From Gammaproteobacteria bacterium (GTDB taxonomy: Bacteria > Pseudomonadota > Gammaproteobacteria > CAJXQU01), in NCBI GenBank assembly GCA_965238175.1, contig CBDEGZ010000003.1:1184001-1248000 (forward strand): a stretch of 64,000 nt of DNA, in the 5' to 3' direction. The notes under the pieces are model-generated. The model had not been told where the DNA came from and ran no database searches. It worked only from the letters and a program-made list of their open reading frames with translations. Shown here one piece after another: positions 41,532 to 52,170 of this stretch. The position numbers and the translations under genes were made by a program. The stretch's first letter is position 1; the number at the start of each line of letters is the position of its first letter.

Positions 41532-42218
41532 TCAGTAACAAGATGACCGAATCGACCAGCGATAATAAAATGAAAGCTCCTTCTCTAGTCGAAATGCTGA
41601 ATAAATGCTGACTAAAAGCCATACGGGTGGTTTTCAACCGAATTTGATTGGGAATGAGACTTACTTCAACTACTAACTCCCTCTACCCCTTTACTAGTGC
41701 TATCCGCTCGCAATTCCCTGGCATGACTTTGAGCAAGCCCTTGCCAAGCACTACACTCAGGGATTTAGCTATATGGCAGCAAAATCTCCATTGCCAGCAC
41801 AGCGAAGGGTAATATCATCGTTGGTACAATGAGTCACTTACAGAGCCTGCATGACAGCCATACTTTTTACTGCCGTATTGATGCATATCGAAACGTTACG
41901 GGGTAAAGTCGTTCACACAGCTGTTTGTGTTCGAGACTATCGAAGCCATCATTGGCTATCTGAAATCAGATTTTCGGTTATCAAGAAACTTCCTCAAAGG
42001 TATATCAGGCAATGAAATTAATCTGCTAATGGCACTGTCTGGAACTTGAAGAAATGGCTAGTCGCCATTTATCTGGCCTTATTTTTGTGGCTTAAAAGGA
42101 ATGCTATACAGAATCAAAATCAACCCAGCATCAATGCAACGTTAAATCGAGGTTGCTCAGAGCCAAAGGCTTCTCTGGCAAATATCCATATCGTAAGTTG
42201 AAACTTTTTCAGGGGCGA
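41532..42218 (+). mobile_element. Internally deleted IS5-family remnant, copy 2
   Basis: Near-identical direct copy of 11680-12364 with a few substitutions and a 2-bp indel. Confidence 0.75.
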
Positions 42219-42225
42219 CTATGTC

Positions 42226-42561
42226 TATACCGTGCTACTTGGAAATGCAGATTTCAGCGAGTCCAAGCGTCTACACAGGAAGGCCGTGTACGCCGAGAAT
42301 GGCCTAGTGTGTAATTTGGCTATTTTCAAGTAGGTTAACGCCGTTGTGTGGATGCTTGGACTCGCCCTCGATATATGTTCCAGGAACATTCTATCTCCTG
42401 CGTCCATGCAGTCGTCTGGCTGGCTCTAACATTCTCGCTGGGCAGCGTTGTGTTTCTTGAAAAGAGCCAAGCAACTAACAAGCCCCTTTCCGGCGAAACA
42501 TGCCTTGCCAGCAAGAACGATAGAGCCACTGAAACCTGCAGTTTCAAGTAGCACGGGTATA
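42226..42561. repeat. ERIC-like MITE
   Basis: Terminal IRs TATACCGTGCTACTTGGAAATGCAG and CTGCAGTTTCAAGTAGCACGGGTATA resemble ERIC termini; TA ends. Confidence 0.7.
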
Positions 42562-42595
42562 TACCGAGTTCAGATTTAGTATCATTATTCTAAAT

Positions 42596-45500
42596 CTAAT
42601 GGAAAGGTGAATTTTTTGGCTGTGGCTTTACAACAACAGTTTCAATTAAAGGCTTTTCCCAACCTCCTGTTAAGGTGTATCGCTGCTCAAGAACCTTGTC
42701 GATGACATTGGGTAAGCTTGGTATCATTTTTTTTGCAAGTACAATAGCAGTTCCTACACCTATTCCTACTGGACCAAAGACGGCCCCAGCAACGGGAAGA
42801 CTATCAGTGACAGAAGGAGTGACTGTAATCAGTTGGTCAAAATCTTGAGTAGCAAGGCCAATGCGGCCGACTATTTCAATATTGGCGGATGGGCCAATCA
42901 TATTCAGATTTTTAGTTCGGGCATTTCCTTGAGCTATTTCGAAATCACCCGAGATATTATCGAAGGTAAACCCTTTCTTAAATAGATCTTTAAAATCAAG
43001 TGTTAGACGCCGTTTTAACGACTGAAGGCTGACTAAGCCAAACACTTTCCCTAGATTATTTTTTATTTCCGTAAATCGCCCTTGTTCGACATTAATTTTT
43101 AGATTCCCTTTTAGCATTGCAAGATCAAGTTCTGCCGGTGAGCCTTGCCAGTTGGCGTCAATGATCAGTTCTGTTTTGCCCCCATCGACATCACTTTCTC
43201 CAAAACCAAATTGATCTAACATAGGGTTTAATTTTTCACCCTTAGCTTGAAGTTTGAATTCTGACCATTGTTGTTTGTCTTGTTTTACCCAATGACCGCG
43301 TATATCTATCTTAGTTGCTGGACTCGATAAAATCAGTTTATTTATATTGATTCCTTTGCTTTCAGGTTTTATGTGTAATTGTAGGGAACCGAGATTTAAA
43401 TCATTGTATTGAAAAGATTTGCTTGTAAGCTGTAGTTCCGGGATTTGTTTTGGGTTTAACTTTGATTTTTGATTGTCGTTTTTTGACGACATAATCTTAA
43501 GGCGTTTAAAATCAGTCTTTATTGAATTTCTTTGAGTGTCATATGGAATGGTTATTTTGCCTTTCGTATCTTTACTATCAATTTCGACTTGCCAGGCATT
43601 AGCCATCGTTTTTCCAATGATGTGATTATTTATAAGGTTTTGTCCAAATACATTTAGTTGATCAATGTTAAGATCAATCGATAGAAAATTTTCTGTTGGT
43701 GTCTGGTAGGAGGAGTCAGGCTCAAAAATTTGATCAAAAAAATTCGTCCAAGCGGAAGTATTTATATTATCTATGCGTCCATCAATAGTGATTAGCTGTT
43801 TTATATTTTTTTTAGGCGAGCTTTTTGAACCAAAGGTGAGTGCAAATTTCTGTAAGTCTGTGGTTTTATTCTGAGTGATAAAATCAATATTTCCATATAA
43901 CGAATTGTTGTAATCAAATTCAACATGACGTTTTGGATTGTTAGATAACGATGTGCTAATTTTTAGTGGCCGGATCCCCGTTGTTGTTTTACCGATAGGT
44001 GCTGGTGCTTTGATCTTGAGCCCTTTCAGATCGGAGCTTATCAATAGACCGGTTTCTTCATCTGGCGCACCTATTTTGGCTGGCAAAGAGAGTTGTGCTT
44101 GCCAGGCGGTACTTCCATTAATTAAATCCAGAGCTTTTAGATGTTTTGGCTGCATGCCAATTTGAATCATGCGATTCGAAATGTAACTTTTATCAGCTAT
44201 ACCAGAAAACTGGACATCGGATTTGGAGTTTCTGTCGTCAATGTCCAGAAATATTTTGATCGGACTGTCATAAAGTAAGGCTTTTAAAGCTTTCCCTCGC
44301 CAACGGTGTCGGTCAAATAAAAACTTACCTTTGAGTGCTTTAAGTTCAATTCCTAATGATTCAAGCGACAAGACATTTTTGTTTAGATGAATACTACCTT
44401 CCACTTGTGGTGTTTCTTCACCTGCAAGAGGTATATCTAGCTTGAGATCCAAATTCAATTTGCCTTTGATTTTCATGTGGTTAAGTTGTTTCCCAACAGA
44501 AGTCTTTAGGGGGCTGTTATAGATAAATCGTAAGCCATCTTTCATTTTTCCTTTGGCTTTTCCATTTATCAAAAGGTGGTGGTTGTTTGAAAGTAAATCC
44601 GGAATTTCAACAATCGTATCTTTTAGATCAGCATTATAAATTTTTGCATTTGGAGACCTTACCACCATCTTTTGACTATCAAAGACAACCTCGGCAGTGA
44701 TCTCTTCTATCCTCGGCCAACCCTCGAAATAATCTAATATGCCATCTTCGCCAGTCAGACGAACTTCAAATAAACCACTTTCATCTGTAAATGGAAATTC
44801 TTCTAAAGGGCCGCGAAAAACAACACTCCCTCCTGTTAGGCGACCACTGACGATGGAGCGATCAAGCCATTTATTTGCCTTGCCATGAAGAAGGTTTGAC
44901 GGGATCATTTTAACGATAGGTTCAACATTGCCGCGAAAAAAAGTGCCTTGTAGATCAATTAGGTGTGAGCTGCTTGTTTGTTTATCTACTGAACCCGTTA
45001 GTTGAAATTCAAGGTCAGGATTTACTAGTGTTATTTGTGGAATAGAAAGTTTCCAGCCATGACTAGATTTTTGCCAGTCTAGTTGGCCATTCAGCGTGTC
45101 TAATTTGATTGATGGTTCCAGCTCTCCAGAGTCGAGTAATCTGTCTATCAATAAGTTTTGGCTATCGAGAACTAAGGAGATGATGTTTTTATTAATTTGA
45201 ACTTTGCCTGCAAGATTTTTGAATCCTGGGATTTTTCCACTTGGAGACGTATTTAGATTTGAAAAATCACTCTCAAGCAGCATTGATGAAGGTAGATTTT
45301 TTTGGTCTAAATGTAGCTTTATATTTTCAAGATTTCCTTCTGGTTGATAGGCCGCCATTTTTTTAATGAGTGACTCTGGTAAAACTTTGGCGAGGTCATT
45401 TATGACCAGTTTACTTAGGCTAGCGTCTAACTCCGGTTTTTCAAAGGAAAAGTTTGTTGGCACATGTAGAAGTACCGACAAAGGGTGCCAGCGATGATCA

Positions 45501-46474
45501 TATGTTTTAATCAATAATTCAGGTAAAGAAAACTGCCAGTTCTCAGGAGTTGATTTTTTTACCGTAAATTCACTGCTTATAGAATTAATTGTTGCTGTAT
45601 CTATTAAGGAAAAATATCCATCCAGTTCAGTAATTTTTGAATGATGCCAGCGGATATTTGTATTCGAACTTATTGTTGGATTGTTTATGAAGATATGTTC
45701 ATTTTGTAGAGCTAAATTTAATTTTTCATTAAGATCTGTGGGTAAATAGGGTGTCAGATCAATTTGCTCTGTGACGATGTTTAGATTGGCATTCCAATTT
45801 GGATCAAATGGATTTCCTTTTATTTTTAGATCAAAGTTAAATCCGCTTTGGCTTTCAGCAATTCTGGCTGAGCCTTTTAAAAAGTGTTGATTCTTATTCG
45901 GTTTATTGGTTAGTTCTAAATCAACATCTTTTAAAATTATCTTTTGCTGCGTTTGAAGTTGCCACTTGTTTTCGTGCCAGGTGATATTCGAATCGGTGAG
46001 TTTTAAGTGCGATTGTTCTAATAACCAACGCGAAAACTGATCACTATCAGAGGCTTCTTCTGTTAAACCGAGTAGTGATACCTTTCCATCTTCTTGATGG
46101 ACAAGCTCTATCGTTAATCCAGAAAACTCAAGCTGTCCGACATTAACTTTCCACTCAACTAGAGATTGGAATAGATCAACATTTAGCTTGGCCTGATTAA
46201 ATCGTGTAAGGCTTTGGTGTGTATTTCGATTAAATACTTCGACACCAGACAGTTTCAGATGAGGGATGATGCCATGCCACTCAACCTCTAGAGCATCTAC
46301 TTCGACAGGTTGGCCAGTCGTTGTGTTTACCCATTCAAGGATCTTCGGTCTCAGATCATCAATATTTGAACTTGTTAGCCAGATTAGGCTAATCGTTAAT
46401 ATCCCAAAAATAAAAGTAAAAAATATCAGGAACCAACTCAGACTGAGCAGCGAGTGTATGAGTCGTTTAAACAT
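42596..46474 (-). CDS. yhdP: YhdP (AsmA-like) phospholipid-transport protein
   Basis: 1292 aa; N-terminal TM; WLDRSIVSG, GPLEEFPF, RRLTLDFKDLFKKGFTFDNISG, YTLTGGWEKP; downstream of rng. Confidence 0.92.
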   Translation of the reverse strand: MFKRLIHSLLSLSWFLIFFTFIFGILTISLIWLTSSNIDDLRPKILEWVNTTTGQPVEVDALEVEWHGIIPHLKLSGVEVFNRNTHQSLTRFNQAKLNVDLFQSLVEWKVNVGQLEFSGLTIELVHQEDGKVSLLGLTEEASDSDQFSRWLLEQSHLKLTDSNITWHENKWQLQTQQKIILKDVDLELTNKPNKNQHFLKGSARIAESQSGFNFDLKIKGNPFDPNWNANLNIVTEQIDLTPYLPTDLNEKLNLALQNEHIFINNPTISSNTNIRWHHSKITELDGYFSLIDTATINSISSEFTVKKSTPENWQFSLPELLIKTYDHRWHPLSVLLHVPTNFSFEKPELDASLSKLVINDLAKVLPESLIKKMAAYQPEGNLENIKLHLDQKNLPSSMLLESDFSNLNTSPSGKIPGFKNLAGKVQINKNIISLVLDSQNLLIDRLLDSGELEPSIKLDTLNGQLDWQKSSHGWKLSIPQITLVNPDLEFQLTGSVDKQTSSSHLIDLQGTFFRGNVEPIVKMIPSNLLHGKANKWLDRSIVSGRLTGGSVVFRGPLEEFPFTDESGLFEVRLTGEDGILDYFEGWPRIEEITAEVVFDSQKMVVRSPNAKIYNADLKDTIVEIPDLLSNNHHLLINGKAKGKMKDGLRFIYNSPLKTSVGKQLNHMKIKGKLNLDLKLDIPLAGEETPQVEGSIHLNKNVLSLESLGIELKALKGKFLFDRHRWRGKALKALLYDSPIKIFLDIDDRNSKSDVQFSGIADKSYISNRMIQIGMQPKHLKALDLINGSTAWQAQLSLPAKIGAPDEETGLLISSDLKGLKIKAPAPIGKTTTGIRPLKISTSLSNNPKRHVEFDYNNSLYGNIDFITQNKTTDLQKFALTFGSKSSPKKNIKQLITIDGRIDNINTSAWTNFFDQIFEPDSSYQTPTENFLSIDLNIDQLNVFGQNLINNHIIGKTMANAWQVEIDSKDTKGKITIPYDTQRNSIKTDFKRLKIMSSKNDNQKSKLNPKQIPELQLTSKSFQYNDLNLGSLQLHIKPESKGININKLILSSPATKIDIRGHWVKQDKQQWSEFKLQAKGEKLNPMLDQFGFGESDVDGGKTELIIDANWQGSPAELDLAMLKGNLKINVEQGRFTEIKNNLGKVFGLVSLQSLKRRLTLDFKDLFKKGFTFDNISGDFEIAQGNARTKNLNMIGPSANIEIVGRIGLATQDFDQLITVTPSVTDSLPVAGAVFGPVGIGVGTAIVLAKKMIPSLPNVIDKVLEQRYTLTGGWEKPLIETVVVKPQPKNSPFH

Positions 46475-46507
46475 TCAGTAGTTTGATCCTTGTGGTTCTA
46501 TTTTTTA

Positions 46508-48046
46508 TCAAAGTAGCACAATGTCGTATTGTTCTTGATAGTACATAGGCTCAGCTTGAAATTTGATTGGGATTTTAATGAATTCTTCCAATTCTGCGAC
46601 ACCGTTTGATTCTTCATCGAGTAGTCGGTCGACAACATCTTGTGCAGCGACGACTAATAATTTACGAGCTTCAAATTGTCTTGCTTCACGGAGGATTTCT
46701 CGAAAAATTTCATAGCAAATTGTCTCTGCTGTTTTTATAGAGCCGCTACCTTTACAGATTGGACAAGGTTCACAGAGGATATGTTCCAAACTTTCACGTG
46801 TTCTTTTTCGTGTGATTTGAACCAGACCTAAAGACGTGATTTCGCTAATGGTGATTTTGGAGTGATCATGTGACAGACTTTTTTCCAAAGCGCGCAAAAC
46901 TTGTCGTTGATGCTCGGGATCTTTCATGTCGATAAAATCAACAATGATCATTCCACCTAAGTTCCTCAAACGCAATTGTCGTGAGAGTGCCAGTGCAGAT
47001 TCTAGATTAGTTTTGAAGATGGTTTCTTCTAGGTTTCGATTACCGACAAAGGTGCCCGTATTTACATCAATGGTGGTCATTGCTTCGGTTTGATCAATAA
47101 CCAGATGCCCCCCTGATTTCAGATTAACCTTTCGTTCTAGTGCTTTTTGCAGTTCATCTTCAATCGCATACAGATCCATGATCGGCCGGCCGCCAAGGTA
47201 GTGTTCAATTTTCGGAACTAGATCGGGAACAAATTCATTTGTGAAGGTGGCAACTTTGTCGTAAGTTTCTTTTGAATCGATACGAATTTTTTCGATGGAT
47301 GAATCATCAAGACTCCTGACCATACGTAATAACATCGGTAGATCTTCATATACGATTTTTGGTGCCCGAGATTCGTTCACTTGAGATCCGTTTGCCTGGT
47401 TTTTAATTGATAGCCATAAACGTTTGAGAAACTTTATATCAGTGGAGGCTTGTTTCTCCTCTATGCCCTCGGCAGCCGTTCTTAATATTAGTCCGTAGGA
47501 TCCTAGTGAACCTTCTTCTTTGTTATCTTCATTCTCATCAATTTCTTTTTTACAATTGATAATGACTTCTCTGAGGCGTTCCCGTTCTTCTATATCTTCA
47601 ATTCTTTGAGATACACCGACGACTTCCTCATTAGGAAGTAGCACTAGATAGCGAGAAGGGATGCTTAAATGCGTAGTTAAACGAGCGCCTTTGCTGCCTA
47701 AAGGATCTTTTGTTACCTGTACAAGTACATTTTGACCTTCTCGCAGAATTTGTTCGATTGCTAATTCAGATTCAGAAACCTCTGGAACTGTCTTGCCGTT
47801 GTTATTGTTTTGATTTTTATGCTCGGCGATATCGAGTACGTGTAAGAAAGCAGTGCGTTCTATCCCTATGTCGATGAAAGCGGCTTGCATTCCAGGCAAT
47901 ACCCGAGAAACTGTGCCCATGTAGATATTACCTACTAGCCCACGTTTGGCTAATCGTTCAATTACGACTTCCTGTAATACTCCATTTTCGACTAATGCTA
48001 TGCGGGTCTCTTGTGGGGTGATATTGACTAATATTTCTTCACTCAT
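46508..48046 (-). CDS. rng: Ribonuclease G
   Basis: MSEEILVNITPQETR, S1 VGNIYMG...RVLPGMQAAF, DQTEAMTTIDVNTG, LRLRNLGGMIIVDFIDM, CPICKG. Confidence 0.96.
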   Translation of the reverse strand: MSEEILVNITPQETRIALVENGVLQEVVIERLAKRGLVGNIYMGTVSRVLPGMQAAFIDIGIERTAFLHVLDIAEHKNQNNNNGKTVPEVSESELAIEQILREGQNVLVQVTKDPLGSKGARLTTHLSIPSRYLVLLPNEEVVGVSQRIEDIEERERLREVIINCKKEIDENEDNKEEGSLGSYGLILRTAAEGIEEKQASTDIKFLKRLWLSIKNQANGSQVNESRAPKIVYEDLPMLLRMVRSLDDSSIEKIRIDSKETYDKVATFTNEFVPDLVPKIEHYLGGRPIMDLYAIEDELQKALERKVNLKSGGHLVIDQTEAMTTIDVNTGTFVGNRNLEETIFKTNLESALALSRQLRLRNLGGMIIVDFIDMKDPEHQRQVLRALEKSLSHDHSKITISEITSLGLVQITRKRTRESLEHILCEPCPICKGSGSIKTAETICYEIFREILREARQFEARKLLVVAAQDVVDRLLDEESNGVAELEEFIKIPIKFQAEPMYYQEQYDIVLL

Positions 48047-48146
48047 AGGTGATTATTCTGCCTTTATTGACGTGATGTTGCCACCTTAAGAATGACAGTA
48101 TGTGATCCTTGCATTAATTGAGCCTGAATTGGGTCAATAGGGTAAA

Positions 48147-49601
48147 ATGAAACCTATGGATTTTATTGAGGGGTGCCGAAAAATATTGCCGCATGATTCT
48201 GTGATTTCGGATATGGAGTCTATGCGTCCCTACGAATGTGACGGGCTTTCTACACATCGCAGTCTACCCAAAGTAGTTTTAATGCCCGATAAGGCTGATC
48301 AAGTACAAGCGATTTTGAAGCTCTGTCATCAACATCAGGTCCCTGTTGTTGCAAGAGGTGCAGGTACAGGCCTTTCTGGAGGTGCGCGCCCAAACCCGGA
48401 TGCCGTTCTGTTGAGTCTGGCCAAATTTACCAGAATACTCGACGTTGATCCGAGCAATAGAACTGCAAAAGTTGAACCGGGTGTTCGAAACATTGTGATC
48501 TCGCAGATTGTTGAAGAGTATGGTCTTTTTTACGCACCGGATCCTTCTTCTCAGATTGCATGCACAATTGGTGGAAATGTTGCCGAAAATTCCGGCGGTG
48601 TGCATTGTCTAAAATATGGGCTGACAGTTCATAACATTCAATCGATTACCATGTTGACGATGGAAGGTGAATATCTTGAGTTGGGAGGTGATTCTCTCGA
48701 TTCACCTGGGTATGATTTATTAGCGGTAGCAACGGGATCAGAGGGTTTATTGGGTGTGATTGTGGCGGTTACGGTGAAATTAATACCGCTTCCAGAATAT
48801 ATCCAGGTCATTATGTCTTCTTTTGATGATGTTGAAAATGCAGGTAACGCAGTTGCAGCGGTGATTGCCGATGGCATTATTCCTGCTGGTTTAGAGATGA
48901 TGGATAAGCTGACAATAAAAGCGGCAGAAGATTTTATCCATGCTGGATATCCTGCAGAGGCTGCTGCGATTTTGCTTTGCGAACTCGACGGAACGCGAGA
49001 AGAGGTTGATACACAAGTCAAGCGAGTGAAAAGTATTATGGCGTTAAATGGCGCAATAGAATCTCGCATCGCAAAAGATCCTGCTGAGCAACAAATCTTT
49101 TGGGCTGGACGTAAAGCGGCTTTTCCGGCCGTTGGTCGGCTTGCACCTGATTATTATTGTGTTGATGGCACCATTCCACGAAAACATCTGGCGGCAGTTT
49201 TACAAAAGATTAATGATATTGCCGAAGAATACGGCTTACAGGTTGCCAATGTTTTTCATGCTGGCGACGGTAATCTACATCCTTTGATATTGTTTGACGC
49301 CAATAAAGATGGTGATCTTGAAAATGCTGAAGAGGTTGGTACAAAGATCCTTGAGCATTGCGTTGAAGTGGGAGGAACGGTGACTGGAGAACACGGCGTT
49401 GGAACCGAAAAACTGAAACCCATGTGTGTTCAATTTAGTGCAATGGAATTGCAACAATTTCATGCGATCAAATTTGTTTTTGATCCTGATGGTTTACTTA
49501 ATCCGGGTAAAGCGGTTCCAACGCTACAGCGATGTGCAGAATTTGGAGCAATGCATGTGCACCATGGTGAACTGTCTTTTCCTGACTTAGAACGGTTTTA
49601 A
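48147..49601 (+). CDS. glcD: Glycolate oxidase FAD subunit GlcD-like
   Basis: RGAGTGLSGG, YAPDPSSQIACTIGGNVAENSGGVHCLKYG, HAGDGNLHP, GEHGVG, LNPGK. Confidence 0.9.
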   Translation: MKPMDFIEGCRKILPHDSVISDMESMRPYECDGLSTHRSLPKVVLMPDKADQVQAILKLCHQHQVPVVARGAGTGLSGGARPNPDAVLLSLAKFTRILDVDPSNRTAKVEPGVRNIVISQIVEEYGLFYAPDPSSQIACTIGGNVAENSGGVHCLKYGLTVHNIQSITMLTMEGEYLELGGDSLDSPGYDLLAVATGSEGLLGVIVAVTVKLIPLPEYIQVIMSSFDDVENAGNAVAAVIADGIIPAGLEMMDKLTIKAAEDFIHAGYPAEAAAILLCELDGTREEVDTQVKRVKSIMALNGAIESRIAKDPAEQQIFWAGRKAAFPAVGRLAPDYYCVDGTIPRKHLAAVLQKINDIAEEYGLQVANVFHAGDGNLHPLILFDANKDGDLENAEEVGTKILEHCVEVGGTVTGEHGVGTEKLKPMCVQFSAMELQQFHAIKFVFDPDGLLNPGKAVPTLQRCAEFGAMHVHHGELSFPDLERF

Positions 49602-50101
49602 TGTCGGAAGATAATCCCGAAAGTATTCCAGATCCAGTCAAACAACTTATCTCTCGTCTATCTGCGGGTGCTAACTCAATTCTCTTTGTTAGCCAAGAGA
49701 ATGATGAAGCAAAAAACAATCAAATAAATTTTGATCAAACTCATGTAATAACATTAACGTTAAGTCAGCTAAACGAAGATTTGATATCGAGATTAGGATT
49801 ATTTGACTTTGTTTTGATCAAAGACTTATTCGAAAAAATGGATAAACAAAAAGTTGAGAACATTATTGCCCAAATGCGAGATGTGCATACGCGAGAATTG
49901 TTATTGATCATCTCCGAATCCAGTTTTAATCAAGCTTCTGATTTGATTAGCCTGGGATTTACTCGGGTTGCAGAATTTGATCAAGATGGACAGGTTCACC
50001 AAGCATGGTATTTCGCACTAGAAAGTTATAAAAGGGTACCTGAGTGGTTGAATAGTCAATATTGGGCTAACCCTGAACTATTTAAAAAATACCGCTGGTG
50101 A
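49601..50101 (+). CDS. Conserved hypothetical protein (recalled as DUF6231-like)
   Basis: TAATG coupling to glcD; C-terminal YKRVPEWLNSQYWANPELFKKYRW. Confidence 0.6.
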   Translation: MSEDNPESIPDPVKQLISRLSAGANSILFVSQENDEAKNNQINFDQTHVITLTLSQLNEDLISRLGLFDFVLIKDLFEKMDKQKVENIIAQMRDVHTRELLLIISESSFNQASDLISLGFTRVAEFDQDGQVHQAWYFALESYKRVPEWLNSQYWANPELFKKYRW

Positions 50102-50133
50102 AAAAGTGTATGACCCGCTTTGATTGATGATGG

Positions 50134-52116
50134 TTAGGAAAGTGCCGTAACGTCGACAGGTTGGGCCGCAACTATGGCAGGGTATTTTTCAACTTTTCCC
50201 TCACGATCAAGTACAATACAAACCTGATTTCGTCCTTTAGATTTTGCTGAATAAACACCTTTATCTGCGGCTTTGAGTAGATCCTTAACGTTTGAATCTT
50301 CGGCACATCGTGTTGCAATGCCAACGCTGATTGTGACGAATAGTTGTTGATCATCAACCGAAAGTGAGAGTGCTTCAACGGCGGAGCGTAAACGTTCAGC
50401 TGTCACTTTTACTTCATCTAGATCAGTATTTGTACAAATGACTAGAAATTCTTCACCACCGATGCGACAAACTTCATCATCTACACGTGCGGCTGTTCTT
50501 AAGGTTTGAGCAACTTCATGGAGAACGGTATCGCCTACGTCATGGCCGAAAGTATCATTAACGTCTTTGAACAGATCGATATCAATTAATATGCAACTTA
50601 GAGGGTTTTGATCTCGGTCAGAACTTGCCCATTCTTGATCAAGACGACTGGTGGCATAGCGCCGATTAGGTATTTTTGTTAATGCATCCGTTAAAGCGGC
50701 TTGTTCAAGGTGCTTATTTGCAATGGCAAGCTCTGCCAGAATTTGTTGGTTTTGATATTGTTCTTCTTTAATGGCTTCCTGTAATTGGAATACACGTTGT
50801 CCACCACGGATCCTGGCTTTTACTATATTGGGACGAGCTGGTTTTTCAATGTAGTCATCCACACCCGATTTGAATGCTTTAATTAGCGATCCCTCATCTG
50901 TTTTTGCAGTCAGGGCAATAATGTAAATTTTTTGACCGACACGTGTCTTTCGTAGTGTTCGACATAACTCAAGGCCATCCATTTCCGGCATCGATAAATC
51001 AGTAATCAATAATTGAGGTGTGTCTTCTAAGGCTATTTTCAGCGCTTCTTTGCCGCTGTTTGCAAAGCTGACTGAGTGCCCATCTTTCGACAGTTGATGT
51101 TCTAATAGAACGGATGATTCAGGATCATCATCGACGATTAATATTTGCAGTCCAATTTCCTGCGTTCTATCCAAATCAACAAGCTCAAACGAGGTATCGA
51201 TTTGACGACTAATTAGATCATAACCTGTTGATTCATCGATGGGGACATCAAGCAGTTGGCTCCATTCAGCCCATACTTTCAGGGCTTGATTAAAAAGTGA
51301 AGACAACTCGTCCGAATCAATTCCGGTTTTGATCACCTCTTTTTCAAGCGAGCGGTATAGAGGGTGATCCTGAGAGCGGCCTTCTACACACAAGCTGGCT
51401 AGTCGTGCGGAATAATTTAGGCATTGTGCGAGTGCTTTGGTGCGTGGATTCTTGCTCGTAAGTTGATCTATTTCATAGATGCCATAGATCGCCTCATAAT
51501 GAACAGCGGGTAAACCCCAATCCTTTAACATCGCGTGGCCCATTTCAAGGTGGTTTGTATAAAATTGTTTTTGTTCGGCGGCTAATAAGGCATCAATTGA
51601 TTTTTCACCAACGGTTTTGAGAATCTCGTTGTATTGATCTGGATAAACATTAGCCAAACCAAGACGTCCAGCATTACTTAAAAGGCCGACAGTGAAAGCT
51701 TCGTCTTTGGGAAATAGGTTGTCTCGATCACTCAACAATTGAGTACTAATGCCCATAGCAAGCGAATAAGGCCAGAAATTTTCATAATCAAAACTGCGGC
51801 AATGTCCTTGCGTATTTGTGGATAAAACCGACAGTTCCAGTGTGAGATGCTGAGTTACACCCAGTCCAATTCGAGCAATGGTTTCTGAAAGTGAAACCGT
51901 AGGTCTTGATCCGTTTGTGTTTCCACTGAGTGAATTTGCTAGTTTGATCAAGCGCCCAGCCAATGCCGGATCTGCCTGAATTATGTGGGTGATATATTCT
52001 GTAGAAACCTGCTTGTTCTGCAAATGTTCTAATACGTTTAAAGCTATACTAGTCGGGGAAGGCAGATCACCGATGGCCTTTAGTTCCAGGAAGCGGTGTT
52101 TGGATAGTCGTAGCAT
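50134..52116 (-). CDS. HDOD-REC-GGDEF diguanylate cyclase response regulator
   Basis: LPSP...DPALAGRLIKLANS (HDOD); ILIVDDD...TDLSMPEMDG...KP (REC); RVDD I-site and GGEEF active site. Confidence 0.92.
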   Translation of the reverse strand: MLRLSKHRFLELKAIGDLPSPTSIALNVLEHLQNKQVSTEYITHIIQADPALAGRLIKLANSLSGNTNGSRPTVSLSETIARIGLGVTQHLTLELSVLSTNTQGHCRSFDYENFWPYSLAMGISTQLLSDRDNLFPKDEAFTVGLLSNAGRLGLANVYPDQYNEILKTVGEKSIDALLAAEQKQFYTNHLEMGHAMLKDWGLPAVHYEAIYGIYEIDQLTSKNPRTKALAQCLNYSARLASLCVEGRSQDHPLYRSLEKEVIKTGIDSDELSSLFNQALKVWAEWSQLLDVPIDESTGYDLISRQIDTSFELVDLDRTQEIGLQILIVDDDPESSVLLEHQLSKDGHSVSFANSGKEALKIALEDTPQLLITDLSMPEMDGLELCRTLRKTRVGQKIYIIALTAKTDEGSLIKAFKSGVDDYIEKPARPNIVKARIRGGQRVFQLQEAIKEEQYQNQQILAELAIANKHLEQAALTDALTKIPNRRYATSRLDQEWASSDRDQNPLSCILIDIDLFKDVNDTFGHDVGDTVLHEVAQTLRTAARVDDEVCRIGGEEFLVICTNTDLDEVKVTAERLRSAVEALSLSVDDQQLFVTISVGIATRCAEDSNVKDLLKAADKGVYSAKSKGRNQVCIVLDREGKVEKYPAIVAAQPVDVTALS

Positions 52117-52170
52117 GGCCTCTGTAGCGACAACTTGTTACACTTCCTTTAAATATCTCGGGAGAAAGAA

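Noticed and set aside
42225-42551. Short ORFs here and at 53403-53585
   Set aside because: They lie within ERIC-like repeats and show no protein motifs.
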